Of a DNA stretch of 64,000 nucleotides, positions 26,561-40,090 are shown in pieces. The first letter of the stretch is position 1. Each line of letters opens with the position of its first letter. A model generated the notes under the pieces. That model saw only the letters and a list, made by a program, of their open reading frames with translations. It did not search any database and was not told the origin of the DNA. The DNA comes from Phoronis australis (Eukaryota > Animalia > Phoronida): positions 124,001-188,000 of the forward strand of contig NMRA01000141.1 of assembly GCA_002633005.1 (NCBI GenBank), read 5' to 3'. Both the position numbers and the translations under genes were made by a program.

Positions 26561-28150
26561 TTGTATCATAATAGTTTAAAAATTCACATACAAAAATTCT
26601 TAACTCTTCATACTCGATTTCAGTTCTTTGATGCTCGTTAACTTAGCTGTAAAAGTTCTTGAACGATTTCATCAACTCTTGACTGGAAATTGTTGCTGAA
26701 ACTGAGGTGCTGAACAAGTCCAACATATTTTACAATTGTTTGATGTTAGTGTCCTTGCAAGATACTTGCACGCTCAACCACAAGGCTTGGTGATATTTCT
26801 TCTTCGGTTTGATAATTCTTTTGCATATTTTATCTTGCTTCCGATGAATTTCCAGGTGATCTATGTCATCTGCAACCTCATAAACATTCATTATTTTTAT
26901 CGGTGGCATTCTTGGTCAAACTAATCTTTGGACAGAGTTGTTACCTGATGCGTTTTTGCTGTCAGCCCAGCCTCGGAAGCAGCGTTTTGACCAGCTCGTA
27001 AATATTTTGCACAGCGTCATCAATGTAATGATTTCTCAATAGGTCTATTTGCTCCAATTGCAACTAGGTTTCTGCCGAATTCAGATGAGATCCATAGTTC
27101 ACAAGAGTTGACTTTCCATTTTGTCTTCTTGTCAATTTGAGTTTATGAAGAACTCACACGTCTGTCATTTTCGACAAGATCTCGGAAATTTGATTTAAAG
27201 TCTAATTAGTGATGGTCTGAATCAACTTGGTCTCCATCATCAAACCGAGAAATCTTTTGTAACAGTGGTTCTGGCATTATAATGATATGATCTACAGTAC
27301 TATTATCATATATTTGCGAAACATATAAAGTTCCCGACACTTCTGTTCAAATTCTGTGATCAAAGTTGCATTTCGCCCTGTTTAGCAGGCTAAAAACAAA
27401 AAATGGAATTAGTCATTTTACTCTCATAAAATCGGTGCCATAACATTCCTTACATTTCCGTTACCAACTAGAGTCATAGGCAAGGAGTATATGTTCCATG
27501 GGATTCGCGATTTTTAAGATTGGCCATGCGTGCTACCCCAATAAATTCTGAAGCGTTTTGGCGAGTCGCTGATAGTTTTGATGTTCTTGTTGGTAGCGGA
27601 AAGCACATTCGGAGAGGGAAAAGCATCAACGGGCAATGGGGAAGAATGCACTACTGGTAGAATTGGAATTGAAATATAATGTTTATACGGTAAGCGGACT
27701 CGGGATACCAGAGAAAATGAAATTGGTCAAGTTCCCGTGAAGGTTGTCCGTGCAGATCTATCGCCTACACAATCTGTTTCAGAAACCAGTCACGTACATG
27801 CAATGACGTTGACTCTGATTATATTTAATGACACTAACTATAACCCCAAGGAGGCACATATTAATCTCTCGAATTAGGCAGGCTTGTCAGTAGTAGTGGC
27901 GCCTCGTTATAGTACGTGTAATTTTAAAGAAACAATTGAAAACAATGCCAATACGCATTCCACATGCATACAGCTAAGTACACATAACCGACCTGCTGTC
28001 CACTTCGAGGGACCTGTCTTCACTATTTTCGTTGTACTTACATGGCGAATTAAGATTACCAACCATTAGAGAGTTTCTGGATTGTATAAACATATATTTG
28101 TACTAAACAACAGTTTGATTATAGCCTTTTAATCTTGCAAATTGAATCCT

Positions 28151-28712
28151 TTTTTATGCGCCCACATCGGGTGCATATTGCCGTCATCTCTGTCTGTGCG
28201 TCCTTCGTCGGGCGTCCGACGTCCGCAGCTGTATCTCCTAAGTCACTGACAGGATCGTGGTGAATACGGGCAGATGTGTTCCTATGCACCTGTCGACGGA
28301 TGACGGCGAAGTTCCGACTACCGTTGTGCCCACTAGTGTTAATTTTAGTTTTTAAGCTTGCCTCTGTATCTACGGAGGTCCTCAACAGATTTTCATAAAA
28401 TTTGGCAGTTAGGCATCTGTTAGTGAGATGACGCTATCCTCTCGTTTTTGAATGGATTCGAGGTACGTTGTGCCACTTAGTGGCCATTTTTACTGTTCTG
28501 GAGTCAGTTTTTTGGCATTCGCTCTTCTATCAACCAAACCACTTTAGGGATGATTGTGAAAATTGTCATAAATATGTTTTTTACTTTGAAGACGATTTGA
28601 CGTATTTTGCGCCTTCTAGTGAATATTTTTATGATACAAATAAACACCCCTAGGAGCACACCGTTTGTGGTGCATTCATGGGCGCATTTCAAAGCTCCGC
28701 GTTGCTCTTGTT
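28151..28712 (+). mobile_element. Helentron-associated non-autonomous element (HINE/DINE-like)
   Basis: Starts in a T-run with subTIR ATGCGCCCA (28156), followed by GTCY-like simple repeats. Inverted subTIR TGGGCGCAT at 28679-28687, then a short 3' tail ending CTTGTT. Confidence 0.6.
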
Positions 28713-30258
28713 AAAAATTCTGTTACAATTATAGATCCTTTTGAGGAGTTTCTAATCCACAATCTAATCTTTTGTGAAGAATTAAATCGGAATTGGAATC
28801 TGTTCGTGGAAAAAAGGTCTTCCTGGTCGGTACATCTACACGTCCCTGGGCGTCCGTTTTGTAAAGTTGAGACAAAAGTCAAATCCTGTTTTAGTTCCCA
28901 CTAGCCTATTTGTTAATTAAGCAAATCTGTTTTGAGTGAAATTGCTGACTAGTGGTACTCATATTCTACGTTCTGTGTCAGTCAACCCCGGGGGTTACTG
29001 GACTATCTTGATGAGGCTTAGCAGCTGAGAAATTAGGGTACCCGTCCTGTTCGAGGACGGTTTACATAGATTGTTCTTCCGAGAAAAAATCCTCAGTTCA
29101 CTGACTTTTGTTACGTTATTGGAAGTACCATGTGCTATGAGTCATCACGTTACTTGGTGAAAACATGTTTTTCAGAAATTTCGAAGACAAAGCGTAAAAT
29201 TGCCAGTAAGATCTACGAAAAAAGATTATCATTTCTGCTCATTTTGAAGCAAAAGTGGTCTTTTCCTTTAGGTGAATTAATGCCTAAAAAGTGATACATG
29301 CGTTGGAAATTAATCTGAAAGGCTCTCGGGAAATTGCCACGAAAGAAACGTCATTCTGAGCGACACATCCCAGGTGCACCACCTACGTAAGTATNCCCCC
29401 CCCCGAGTACAATGATTCATTATCACCTGATTTACTCACGAACAGAAAGGAGTCACCAGCTGTAGGGATCCACCAATACACATCTGGCATCTATCTTTTC
29501 AAGTGGCTCTTCTACACTTGTTTTGTAAATGCGCCTTGACAGGTACAACTGTATAAGCTGTTACTAATACCGTGTTCAGGTGTACGACTTTTGTAAGAGA
29601 GCAGATACAAAGATAGATTGTCTGATTGCCCGCGGTCTTATCTCTGTGATCGAAACGCCACTCGAGTACGCTTCAAGTAAACGTATAAATTTATGAAGTG
29701 CCAAAGGGTTCTTAAACGAGTACCTCTCTTGGCGTAGAAATGTGCTTAATATACGCATAATTTTGTTTAATCTATGCAAACTTTTAGTTCTTAAACAATC
29801 ATCGTTCTGCTCTCATTCAACACGCACTTTTGCTTAATCTACGCGTAGTATTGCTTAATCAACGCGTACTTTTAATCAGTTCACGCCCTATTTTTACCGC
29901 GCGTGACAGGAGCGAGCACAGTGTTAAATACGATCAGTTGCCGATTTCGCCAACTGAACGATGGACTGCTGGAAAAAATTTCGAATTGGTAGGAATTAAA
30001 GACATCGACGGCCCCCTCAAAAGATAATCATAGCAATGTGACTTAGATCCTTTAATCAGTGTGAGGCATAATTCGCCGAAAAGCTTCTGTCTCTACTGCG
30101 GCCAGTCGAGACGGTGGCACTGTCTAAAGTACGTGTTGATTAAGAGCCGCATGGCCGGAACGCCAACATGAAAACGCGTTTCCTGCCCTAGTCCATGACG
30201 ATCGCGTTGCACTCGTTTATGACGTGTACATTGCACTGCACAGTAATCCTCAGCTTAA

Positions 30259-31600
30259 AGGCGAAGGCAACCTTTTTTCAAGTCACTTTTAGCAAAAATA
30301 AGGTTCGTTGATTATCCCAGACACATTTTTCACTTAATTACAGCTTTTCGTAATTTGATTAATTTCTAGTCCTCTACTCCGGAAGTGACGTTTTGGGAGG
30401 CAAGAGTTTCGCGCCAATTTCTTTTCATTATAGTCTGACTGTGAGAGGTGTCGAGTCAGTCCTTGTGATAAGTTTGTCCTCGTTTGTGATAAGTTCGGTC
30501 GTCGTTTGCTTTTGTTTACAAGTCAGTCAACATGCCACGCTGTTGCTGCGTCCCGGGATGTACTCATTATCGTCTCACACGCGCTTTGGGTACCTTGCGT
30601 CGCTTTCCGAAGGATGACACACTTCGCCGTATTTGGCTAGCTTCTTCATGTGAAGAACGCAGCGCTACCCGTCCACGCAACGTACAAAGCAATGGAGGGT
30701 TACCGAGTGTGTGGCAAGCATTTTCTGCCGTCAGATTATGACAGATATGTACGCTGAATTGATGAAGGTCCCTGCGAAACAACGCCTGAAGAAGGATACC
30801 ATACCGTCGCTGTTGATTCCCGGCAGTGCCCCGTCGCCAACCCCGAGAAGTGCGTTTTTGAAGCGATAAGCCTCGCGAGCTGTGGCCACTATATAAAGTG
30901 ACTGGAGGCACTTCATCTTACTTACCCGTGCCGGCCTCCGAACGTACCCCCACTGCGTGCAATTCCGGGAACTAGCAGTGATTCGCCCTGTGCTGTTGTC
31001 TCTAGCCCAGAGCCTGTAAGCAGCCCTGCAGCGATGTTGAGTAGGGGGAGTGAATACAGGCCCAGTTCGACACACAGTGAAGAGGACAGTTCGTCATCCA
31101 ATGAACAGATCGGTGAGACTAAGTTTGACAAGTTTATTGTGGACTTGTATTGGAGCTATTTGGAAGGTGCCAGGTGTGTGGCACGGGAGTCACACGGCGG
31201 GATGTAAGCAGTTTGGGTGCTCAGATCACCCTCCAGTGGGAGTTTGTCGCGGGACACTCGGGCAAGTGGGACAGTTCTTCCTCTGTACGTGAGACGATAA
31301 TGAGTACACCCCAGTACGCAGCAACAGCGTGGCATTTTGACTGACTCGTAAGTAAAAGCAAACGACGAGCGAACTTATCACAACCGAGGTAGAACAATGA
31401 CTGACTCGACTGCTCTCACAGTCAGACTATGTGAAAAGAAATTAGCGCGAAATTGTTGCCTCCCAAAACGTCACTTCCGGAGTAGACGACGAGTAATTAA
31501 TTAAATTACGAAAAGCAGTAAATAAGTGAAAAATATGTCTGTGATAATCAACGAACCTTATTTTTGCTAAAAATAACATGAAAAAAGGTTGCCTTCGCCT
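30259..31600 (+). mobile_element. Kolobok-type DNA transposon deletion derivative
   Basis: TTAA TSD (30255-30258 and 31601-31604); AGG...CCT termini; TIRs over 200 bp (aggcgaaggcaacctttttt...). Internal THAP and transposase remnants. Confidence 0.9.
30532..31290 (+). pseudogene. Frameshifted THAP-domain Kolobok transposase N-terminus
   Basis: MPRCCCVPGC...RFPKD...RRIWL, then YRVCGKHF..DY and RLKKDTIPSL (C2CH THAP with AVPT-like box), and later CQVCG...GAQITLQWEFVAGHSGKWDS. Several frameshifts. Confidence 0.85.
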
Positions 31601-33047
31601 TTAAGAACACATGCATGAGTCTGGAAGACGCGGATCACACTTAGATGATAGTGCGATACTAATGGCGGATAGAGTACTATGTTTTTTACAATTTGTTATT
31701 AAATCCTTCATTGTGAGATGTATGTACTTATGAAGGATAAACGAGAAAATTCATGCATATGAAGAATAGCTGCAATGAATTGCCAATTTTCAAAATAAAA
31801 AGTTTTCCGAATGATGCAGCGATCATTGGCCACGAAGGCAGATAAGACGCAAATATTGCGATCAGCCGGCTGATCCACCATGTTATCGGTCGTGAGACGT
31901 CTGATCTGTATCCTTGAGCGTTGAGTGGAACGTCAGTCGCCCAGAAATTGTACTAGTAAATTACGGGCGTAATAACTCTTTTCACGCCTATGTTTTACGA
32001 GTGCACTTCACGAGTGCGAATTAGGCGAGTAAAATACTAGCGTGAATTACGACCCAAACCCTTCTTATCTGAACAGCTTACATTGCACTGACATGATGTG
32101 TGACTACGCTTTACTCGCCCATGGCGATCGCCATAGTTACCAACATTCGAAGACTGATGAAAAGGTGGCACATCTGGACCTAGGTGATGCCGCAAGGGGC
32201 AATGTCCACCGCAACACCCCGACGGCGTTTTTATATTCTTAGTAGTCCCTGTGAAATGGAACGAGGAAATAGGGGTAAACCGTATGGAAAAGGAAACAAA
32301 GTTATGCGATCAAGCGTCAATTTCACTTTGTGTCGAAAAAATTGGACATTTTGACGGTATGACGGCACTCGGGACAAACCTACAGGAAAGAGACTGTCCC
32401 GCAAAATGTGGGACGATGGGTAAGGGGAATGGGGCTCTTTCGGAGACTTCCCATTTTCAAAAAATGATTTTGCGATCACAAAAAAACCCTTGGGGACTCT
32501 TTCGGGAACTTGTTCTAGCCGACCACCGTGCCGTCAATCAGCAGTTTGTTTAGTGCTGTAACATGTGAACCAGAATCATGTAACATCTTTGATCGATTCG
32601 CAGTAAAGGTCGTTTGTAAATCCGGCAAAGGGAGTTGATCAAGTGCCAGCAGAATACCGTCAGCCGCGTGTTTACGTTTTTTTGTTTTTTTTTTTTGATC
32701 AAAAGTGGAACGGTTACCAGTAGGCCCTTATCATCTGTCATGGACAGTTGAAGAAACACTGCTCATGGACTTGAAATACCATTCAGATATCACTTTGTAG
32801 GCAGTTTGGTCTCAGCAAGAGCAGTGTGGCGACGCATGCGATAAATTTGAGCTATTTTAACGTTGCTCTTAAGGATTCAAATTGAGAAAATAATGACATC
32901 GTGGCCCATTTTCCATTTTGTAACGTGTCGGTCCTTTTCTCCGAAAGAGCACCATGGGGGCTTTATATTGGTGGGTCTGTTTCGGAAATCCTCGGTAAGT
33001 ATGGATGGCACTTGATTGTCAGAATGTTAGCATTTTTCAGATTGCTA

Positions 33048-33185
33048 ATTACTCGTAAGACGGTAGACAGGACGTGTTTGTGCACGTTTGTTTGAACAGT
33101 AATTTGATCAGAGGTCTTACCGTCTTAAAAGATTCCATATCTGAACGCATTAAAAGGCCCCCTATCGGCCGTCTTACGAGTAATC
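33048..33185. repeat. Small palindromic element
   Basis: attactcgtaagacgg ... ccgtcttacgagtaat, a 16-bp perfect inverted repeat. Confidence 0.6.
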
Positions 33186-34190
33186 AAGCATAACAATGTT
33201 ATTTTTCGCTAATATTTTGGTCGATCACAATGGGTGGCAGAGATTAACCATAAAGCACCTCATTGGTGTAGGCTTCTCCCGGAAAGAAGGTATCTGCCGT
33301 CTGATTTGGGCTTAAGCAGGCCACACTCCTGACGAGCGTTTACTTGAGAATATTTTTCAGACGACTTATAAAAAGAGGGATTTACCTATTGATTGGACAG
33401 CATGTGAACGTTGCATACATCTTGGGCATTTCTGAAAGAGCCTCTCGGATGACAAGGACATCACTTCATAATTAGTATTTTATCTATCTGAAGCGAAAGT
33501 ACTACAGACAGCAGACGTAGTTTTAACGATTTTAAGTGAATTTAGCCTTTAAAGATAACTAAATTTAATATTCTAAAAAATATTTTGATTGGAACACTTT
33601 GTGAGAGACCAAATAGGTCACAGTTGTACCCTTTTGCTGTTATTCTCGTAGCTTTAGATCTTGTCGTTACGCTCATTGCTTTCTGCTTGTGCACCCATTG
33701 CTGTACTTTTCTATCTGTAAGTCAATCGAGGTTTGAAATTTCTTCATATGTCAATATTTACACTCGTTATCTTTCATTCATACCTGGTGATACATATTTC
33801 CTTGTTGGATAATAAAACATGACGTCATAAGTTCCTTTATATTTGCCCCAGGCTTCAAAAGAAATAAAGTGTTTCACAAGCTCCTTTTCCAGAGATGAGA
33901 AGGAGAAACGAGGTTGTCGAAATAAGTTAGTGTGATGTAGAAAATAGTGGTAAAATATACAAAGCGGTGAAATATATAAACTGTAGATTAGGCACGATTA
34001 GTAATCTCTGGAAAGATGTGTGCGTGAATACACCAGATAATCACCCACAGGGACGCACGAAAACGGAATTGAAATGTATACTGCGTTATCCTGAAAATGG
34101 AACTCTCTGTCATGACAACAGTTGTATTTCGCAAGTGTTAAATATAACTTTGGATTTCCGTAGACTGACTTTGGCAGAAAGTTCAATTGT

Positions 34191-34653
34191 CAATGAGATT
34201 GTGTAGGATTTGATTGACAATGAGATAGTGTAGGATTTGATTGACAATGAGATCGTGTAGGATTTGATTGACAATGAGATCGTGTAGGATTTGATTGACA
34301 ATGAGATTGTGTAGGATTTGATTGACAATGAGATAGTGTAGGATTTGATTGACAATGAGATCGTGTAGGATTTGATTGACAATGAGATCGTGTAGGATTT
34401 GATTGACAATGAGATTGTGTAGGATTTGATTGACAATGAGATAGTGTAGGATTTGATTGACAATGAGATCGTGTAGGATTTGATTGACAATGAGATCGTG
34501 TAGGATTTGATTGACAATGAGATTGTGTAGGATTTGATTGACAATGAGATAGTGTAGGATTTGATTGACAATGAGATCGTGTAGGATTTGATTGACAATG
34601 AGATTGTGTAGGATTTGATTGACAATGAGATTGTGTAGGATTTGATTGACAAT
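34191..34653. repeat. 27-bp minisatellite, 17 copies
   Basis: Unit CAATGAGAT[T/A/C]GTGTAGGATTTGATTGA; only one position varies. Confidence 0.97.
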
Positions 34654-35319
34654 TCTGGGTATTTAGCTCACTATCTAGAAAACTGTGAAAGTCCATATTT
34701 TATGAAAGACCTCTGTAAAATTAGATTTTTTTAATTATTCCCCATTCTGTCATAAATTGGGCCATGTCTTTTGGTAAAATTTAGCAAGAACGATTTATAC
34801 GTTAACTGTTAAACAACGCTGTCAACAACATGAACCCATTTTTATATAAATATTCAAGATGAGATGTCATAACGCTGTTGCAGCTTTCTAAAATGTCATT
34901 TCGTTTTCGTTTCATGCAATTTTAGAGTTTTGTTTTCATGAAAATCATAAAAGTCCTGTTTTTTGATACTTTCTCGTGTGCAAGTGGGACAGTTCAAAAA
35001 CAATTCCTAAAAACAGTGCTTAGTGTGTAAACAGTGTGTCGACAGAAAGATAGCGCGCTTTACAGTCGTGAGAGCGTGAGAACATTTCGTAAAAATATGC
35101 TAATCTGTTACTTTAAGGGAACATTATTGGTCTTACGTTCGGAAAACGTATTTAGGTATTATTGTTGGGTGAGATAGACTTTTTAAAGGTATTAACTTTG
35201 ACAAAACAATGTGGTTTTTTATGTAATTGTTTTACAAATCGTCAATTCTCGCAGTTGTCTGCCGGACATTCGCTAACCTCAAGGCAACAAATTTCACCAG
35301 TCAAATATGCATTAAATAA

Positions 35320-35400
35320 GCCATCAGAGTGTTTGACTGCGATCGTGAGGGCTACAGGTTCGATTCCGCACTGAGGCTGATCTCAGAAGTGTCTTTTTTC
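35320..35400 (+). mobile_element. tRNA-derived SINE head fragment
   Basis: B-box GGTTCGATTCC after a degenerate tRNA-like stretch; no intact cloverleaf. Confidence 0.4.
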
Positions 35401-38400
35401 GCCGATAATGCCCATTTAGCAGGCGGTGGATAGCGTCACGATTGGTCAGTCATACGTGTTTTAGAAGGGGCAAAACTATCACGTGACTATCCTAAAACTA
35501 TACTTCCTATATTTCATATACTCTCGCTGCCAATGTTTGCCGCAAATCACGAACCTAGCAACTCAACCGTATCAAACTGGACTCATAATGTAACTGATAA
35601 TGACCGGGATTTGTATTAATCATCACAAAGAATTGAGAAAGCATCTACAAACGAATGTTGAAGCGGCCCAAACTATTTTTGAAGGGTTGGCCACCCCTTT
35701 GAATATTAGTGGTTTATGACAATCTTTATTATTTCCTCAATGGTGCCTTGGATGATCTGTTTCATTAGAATCATTTTCTATAATCGTTTGTAACTAACTT
35801 TAAGAAGTAAGCTTCATTACAATTTACAATAATTATTTAGACAAAATTTAGAGGAAGTGCGTCTGTAGTACCGGTAAATAGATCAGGGTATAGTGAAGTA
35901 GCTGTTTCCCGGCGATAAAAATCTAGCCAAAATCACGTGCTCTCATTTAAAATACACGACAGTTTCTCGTGTAATCTCTAGTCTGACTTTTCTAACGAGG
36001 TCCTAGCGAGGTCGTAGCGTTATTGAACGCTACCCACATGATTGTCAATCCTGGCTACAACATGATAACTCGTGATATTTTGCAAAGCTTTCACGTTTTC
36101 GTGGTTGACGTCGTTTTGTCTCATTTACCAAATTATGTTGATTGCCTTCTGAATGCATAACGACTTTTCTCTTTATTGAAATAGTGAGTAGGCTAGCTAG
36201 AGATAGCGTGCTTTAACACAGTAAACATCTGCAAAGGATCACAAGTTCCTGCTAACAAAATCTGTGTTAAATATTCACGTCATTTATCACAAAACAATGT
36301 ATGGTGAAGTAAGGGTTGACCAAGTGTACGCACAATTCCTGGTCATCTTCACGCACATTTGGGTAGTGACGTTGACACGGGGAAAATGACATGGCGCAAC
36401 TGTTCACACAGTAAACAAGAAACGGTTACAAGGCGAGCGTTATCTCTAACACAGCTTGGGGAAACACATTGGGGGTTCTAACGCGAGGTGGCGCTTGTGC
36501 TTGTTACCATATTGCCCTAATAGTAGCCTGTTACGCACTTGTTTGCCTATTCTGACGACTACCCGCAATTCAGAGCGTAAACCTTTTCTTTATTATATTC
36601 TCTTTATTTAAAAAAACGTCAGCGTCTTGAAAGATAATTGTTTTAAAATTTGTTTCTTTTCGTTGTTGATGCGATTCACTGACTGATTTTTTTAATGCAT
36701 TGGAGAGGATATCTTTAATCAATATACTTCTGCAACAGCTGTCCACACAAAAGTTTTAAATGAAATTATATACTATCAAATAATTCTCGTTTTTGTTTCT
36801 TTCCAAAAGGTAATTTACTTAACATCAAAAAATGAACCAATAAAATATTCCCACTGAAATTTAGTTGGTACGACTTTTAGGTCCCGCAGAATCATGCTGA
36901 TTGACCATTCCAAAACGTGGCTCAATCACGTGACACTTTCTGGACATTAGATGCTTTTCATTTACCTGCAGCGTGGGAACTTAACAGAAAAACTTAATAA
37001 TATTCCGAAAATATCATTTGGCAGTCTGTACCATGCCCTTGATAAAGAGCGTACCGCTCGAAACGTGGGGAATATTTTAAAATATTTTAGTACCGACGCT
37101 CGTCGTTTTACTTTTATTGTTTTAATCTTTTCGCCGTCGGCAACTGCATGGCATTCCAACATCTATTTTATTTTATTCGAAAATATCAGGAAAACGACTT
37201 TTTAAAAACGTTGAACGGAACCCAATATACGCCCGGGTGTATTTTTGAAAACATTTTACGGTGCAGCTTTTGTGAAGCAAACATTTGTCGTGACGTTTTG
37301 CGAAATAAGAATGTCCTGTATGTAGTTGTATCTTACTGAAAGAATTTTATTCGTCCATACGTTTTTCGATTTCAGCAAACATAGTGCGTTAAAACTGTCC
37401 TAATACGGTTTGTTACCAACTAACTCGCACAATATCTCGTTAAAGGATAGTCATCTGAGTGAAATCGTGATCTCAAAATATAATGTTTTTCCAAACTATG
37501 CAATGTTTTATATGAGAAAATTACAACTGTATTTTAGGACAATCCATCAGATTTTCAAAACATGCTGTTACCAAAAAGACACCTGTGCCGGTACTTTCTG
37601 AATTGTTTACGAAAATACTGCCGTATGCGTATTTTAGGGTGTGGGGACATTTTCGGAGACTCCCGTTAAGGATATTAACATAGAGGCTGAAAAGAAATCA
37701 GTTTTCCTGGACTTTCTGGATTTGACAGTTGTGTTGTATTGCGTCCAATTCCGGGTAGCGTCTGTTGTTCTCCAGAGTATCACGCGATTGCTGATGCCAT
37801 AAAGAGATTGCTGCGTGTTATAGTCATCGACAAGTGACTATAAATTTATGTACTTAGATACTCGACTGTGAACCCCAACACCGAATCCTTCCACATCAAA
37901 AACACGAAACGAAATGAATGTGTTAATTTAACGCAATGGAAGTTGTTGAAAAAGCTGCATGGTGGAACTGAAAAACGTTTTGTTGGTGATTCGTTTTGTG
38001 CCGTGTGAGACGCATTTGGCGTAAAGTTTAGTTGGCACGTAGCTGTTCACGCTGACGTTTTGACAAAGTACCCCCAAAGGAGCCTTGTACGCTATGATGA
38101 AGCAAATATTGATTAGATTAAAACTGATCTGCGAAGTGTGGACTACAGGAACAACAATTTGCAAGTGGAAATATTGATGGAGCCAAGCTGACGGTATTTT
38201 GCTCAACATTGAAAGGTAACACGCCTTTTACAATTTAAACTGGAAACTGTCGCAACAAACCATGCTATAATGATGTTCTGTGTATAGGATTCCAGTTTAG
38301 TTTTAATTTTGAATTTAAATGTTGAAGCCTGGAATATTAATTTAGATTTCAAAGTCCCATTTTCAATCTAAAATTGAAAAATGAAAGTTTTGATAGCTCA

Positions 38401-39164
38401 TTTAAAATTGAATCATAAAATTTAAGTAATGGTAAATGTTTCATGTTCCAATAGAAAGTGAACCTAGGAATCATGCAACATTCAGGCAATATTCCTGTTC
38501 GTGTGTGTTTTGATCTCGACACTGCTGTGATTGCTTGCCAAACATTTAATCAAAATCAGTGCGTGTAACAATTACTGACGGTGCTGCCCACAGTTATAGC
38601 GACTAGACATTAGGTTCACCTATGCAAACGCCGGCCCGGATAAATTAGGTAAGAGAATAAACCCAATCAGCCATGGGCGCGAATGTTAATTGTATAACCA
38701 AAGTATTCTTTAACATATAACTTTGGCCATGGAATGTCGACTCCGATCTAGCGGAAGCTGAGGTTGCGCCACGCATGCGTGAGAGTTGTTTGCATTCGTT
38801 TGCTTCGGTGTGTGTACTTGCTATGGAATTTACTGTCATTAAAACTTTTTCGCAACTCCACGACATTTTTCAACCTAATTGCATTTGAGCTATATGATTA
38901 GAAAGCCCTTTGTCAGTTCTTGATCGTTCGAAGCAAAAGACAATAAGTTAATTCATTTCGCATATCTGACTGTTTTAAATATATTTTTGAACTCTAAAAA
39001 CCAACAGTGTATCCAAAATGCGAAAAATAACAGCTGTGCAATGGTAACGGAAATGAACCCGAGGGGTTATATAAATGACTAGATAAGCCATTAGGAAAAT
39101 ATTTCCAGTGATTTCTACCCTAAAATGACAGGTTTTAGAATATGGATCCTCACACATGCTCACC

Positions 39165-39282
39165 CGTGGGGGCCGCACCCGATAGGAGGCTGAGGGCTAT
39201 AACCCCCCACCCGCCCCCCCCCCCCACACACACACATACACACACACATACACACACTTATTTCAGTGCTGCGCCGCCCATG
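39165..39282. mobile_element. Degenerate CATGGGCGGCGC-family MITE containing a (CA)n microsatellite
   Basis: Right end tgctgcgccgcccatg is intact; left end is degenerate; (CA)n run at about 39225-39257. Confidence 0.6.
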
Positions 39283-39582
39283 TTTCTGTGGTTAATTTAG
39301 TCAGGCATTAATACAAAATTATACATCTTTGTATATTATAATTAATTGAACCTTTGGTGCCGTTTGATACTATTACATTCTTCAGTAAAATTTCAGAATG
39401 CAGCGACATTTACGAAAAATTGCTATACACTACTCCAAATTTCTGTCCGAAATTTGCAGATAAAGGTTTTCTGGTAGTTAAAAGTAGGCAAACATCTATC
39501 ACGTAGCTTTGAAATGTAGAGTGGATAGCTCATCATAGTGGCTGCAGAATAGGACTTTCCATAAAAGTTTAGAAAGTAAAAG

Positions 39583-40090
39583 CAAGGAGTGTAGTATAAT
39601 AGAAAAGTTCACTTGTGAGTTCACTGTAATCGCTACCACTAGCGCCACCAAGTGGTGAAGAAGTAACGGTCAAGTAGGAAGCGCGAGAACAATGGGGAAG
39701 GGCACATTTTGCAGTGCGATAAATTGCACTAATTCACCCACTAAAACCAATAAGAATTATTTGTTAGTCAATGATATTATACATTGTCTTTCGTTTTGTG
39801 GGTTCTGTTTACGGTTGGAAGTTAGACAAGTCGATCGCAGTCTCGGTGCGCTGTCGTCTGCACGGTGGTTACAGATACTGGTACTTTGTTGTGAAGGAAC
39901 GTCTACTAAAATTATGTGTGAGGGAGCATCAGAATGGAATACAGTGGTTGTGATAGTGATGAATTGTCTTCCTTTCTTCTTCTTACCTGTGTTATACCTA
40001 CCGCGCACAAACCAATTGTCTGCACTGGTGGCAGCCTGGCATATTCCATAGTAAGGAATACATTCAAAATTGTTAGGTGGACACTCCTTG
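39583..40090 (+). mobile_element. P-element-like non-autonomous transposon, complete copy
   Basis: Perfect 10-bp TIR CAAGGAGTGT/ACACTCCTTG; 7-bp TSD GTAAAAG (39576-39582 and 40091-40097); THAP-like start MGKGTFCSAINCTNS at 39692. Confidence 0.85.

Noticed and set aside
34191-34653. CRISPR array
   Set aside because: Units are contiguous 27-bp repeats with no unique spacers; no cas genes; eukaryotic context.
34110-34696. Repeat-protein ORFs (SIKSYTISL)n and (SHCQSNPTx)n
   Set aside because: These are by-products of a stop-free 27-bp minisatellite, with no supporting gene structure.
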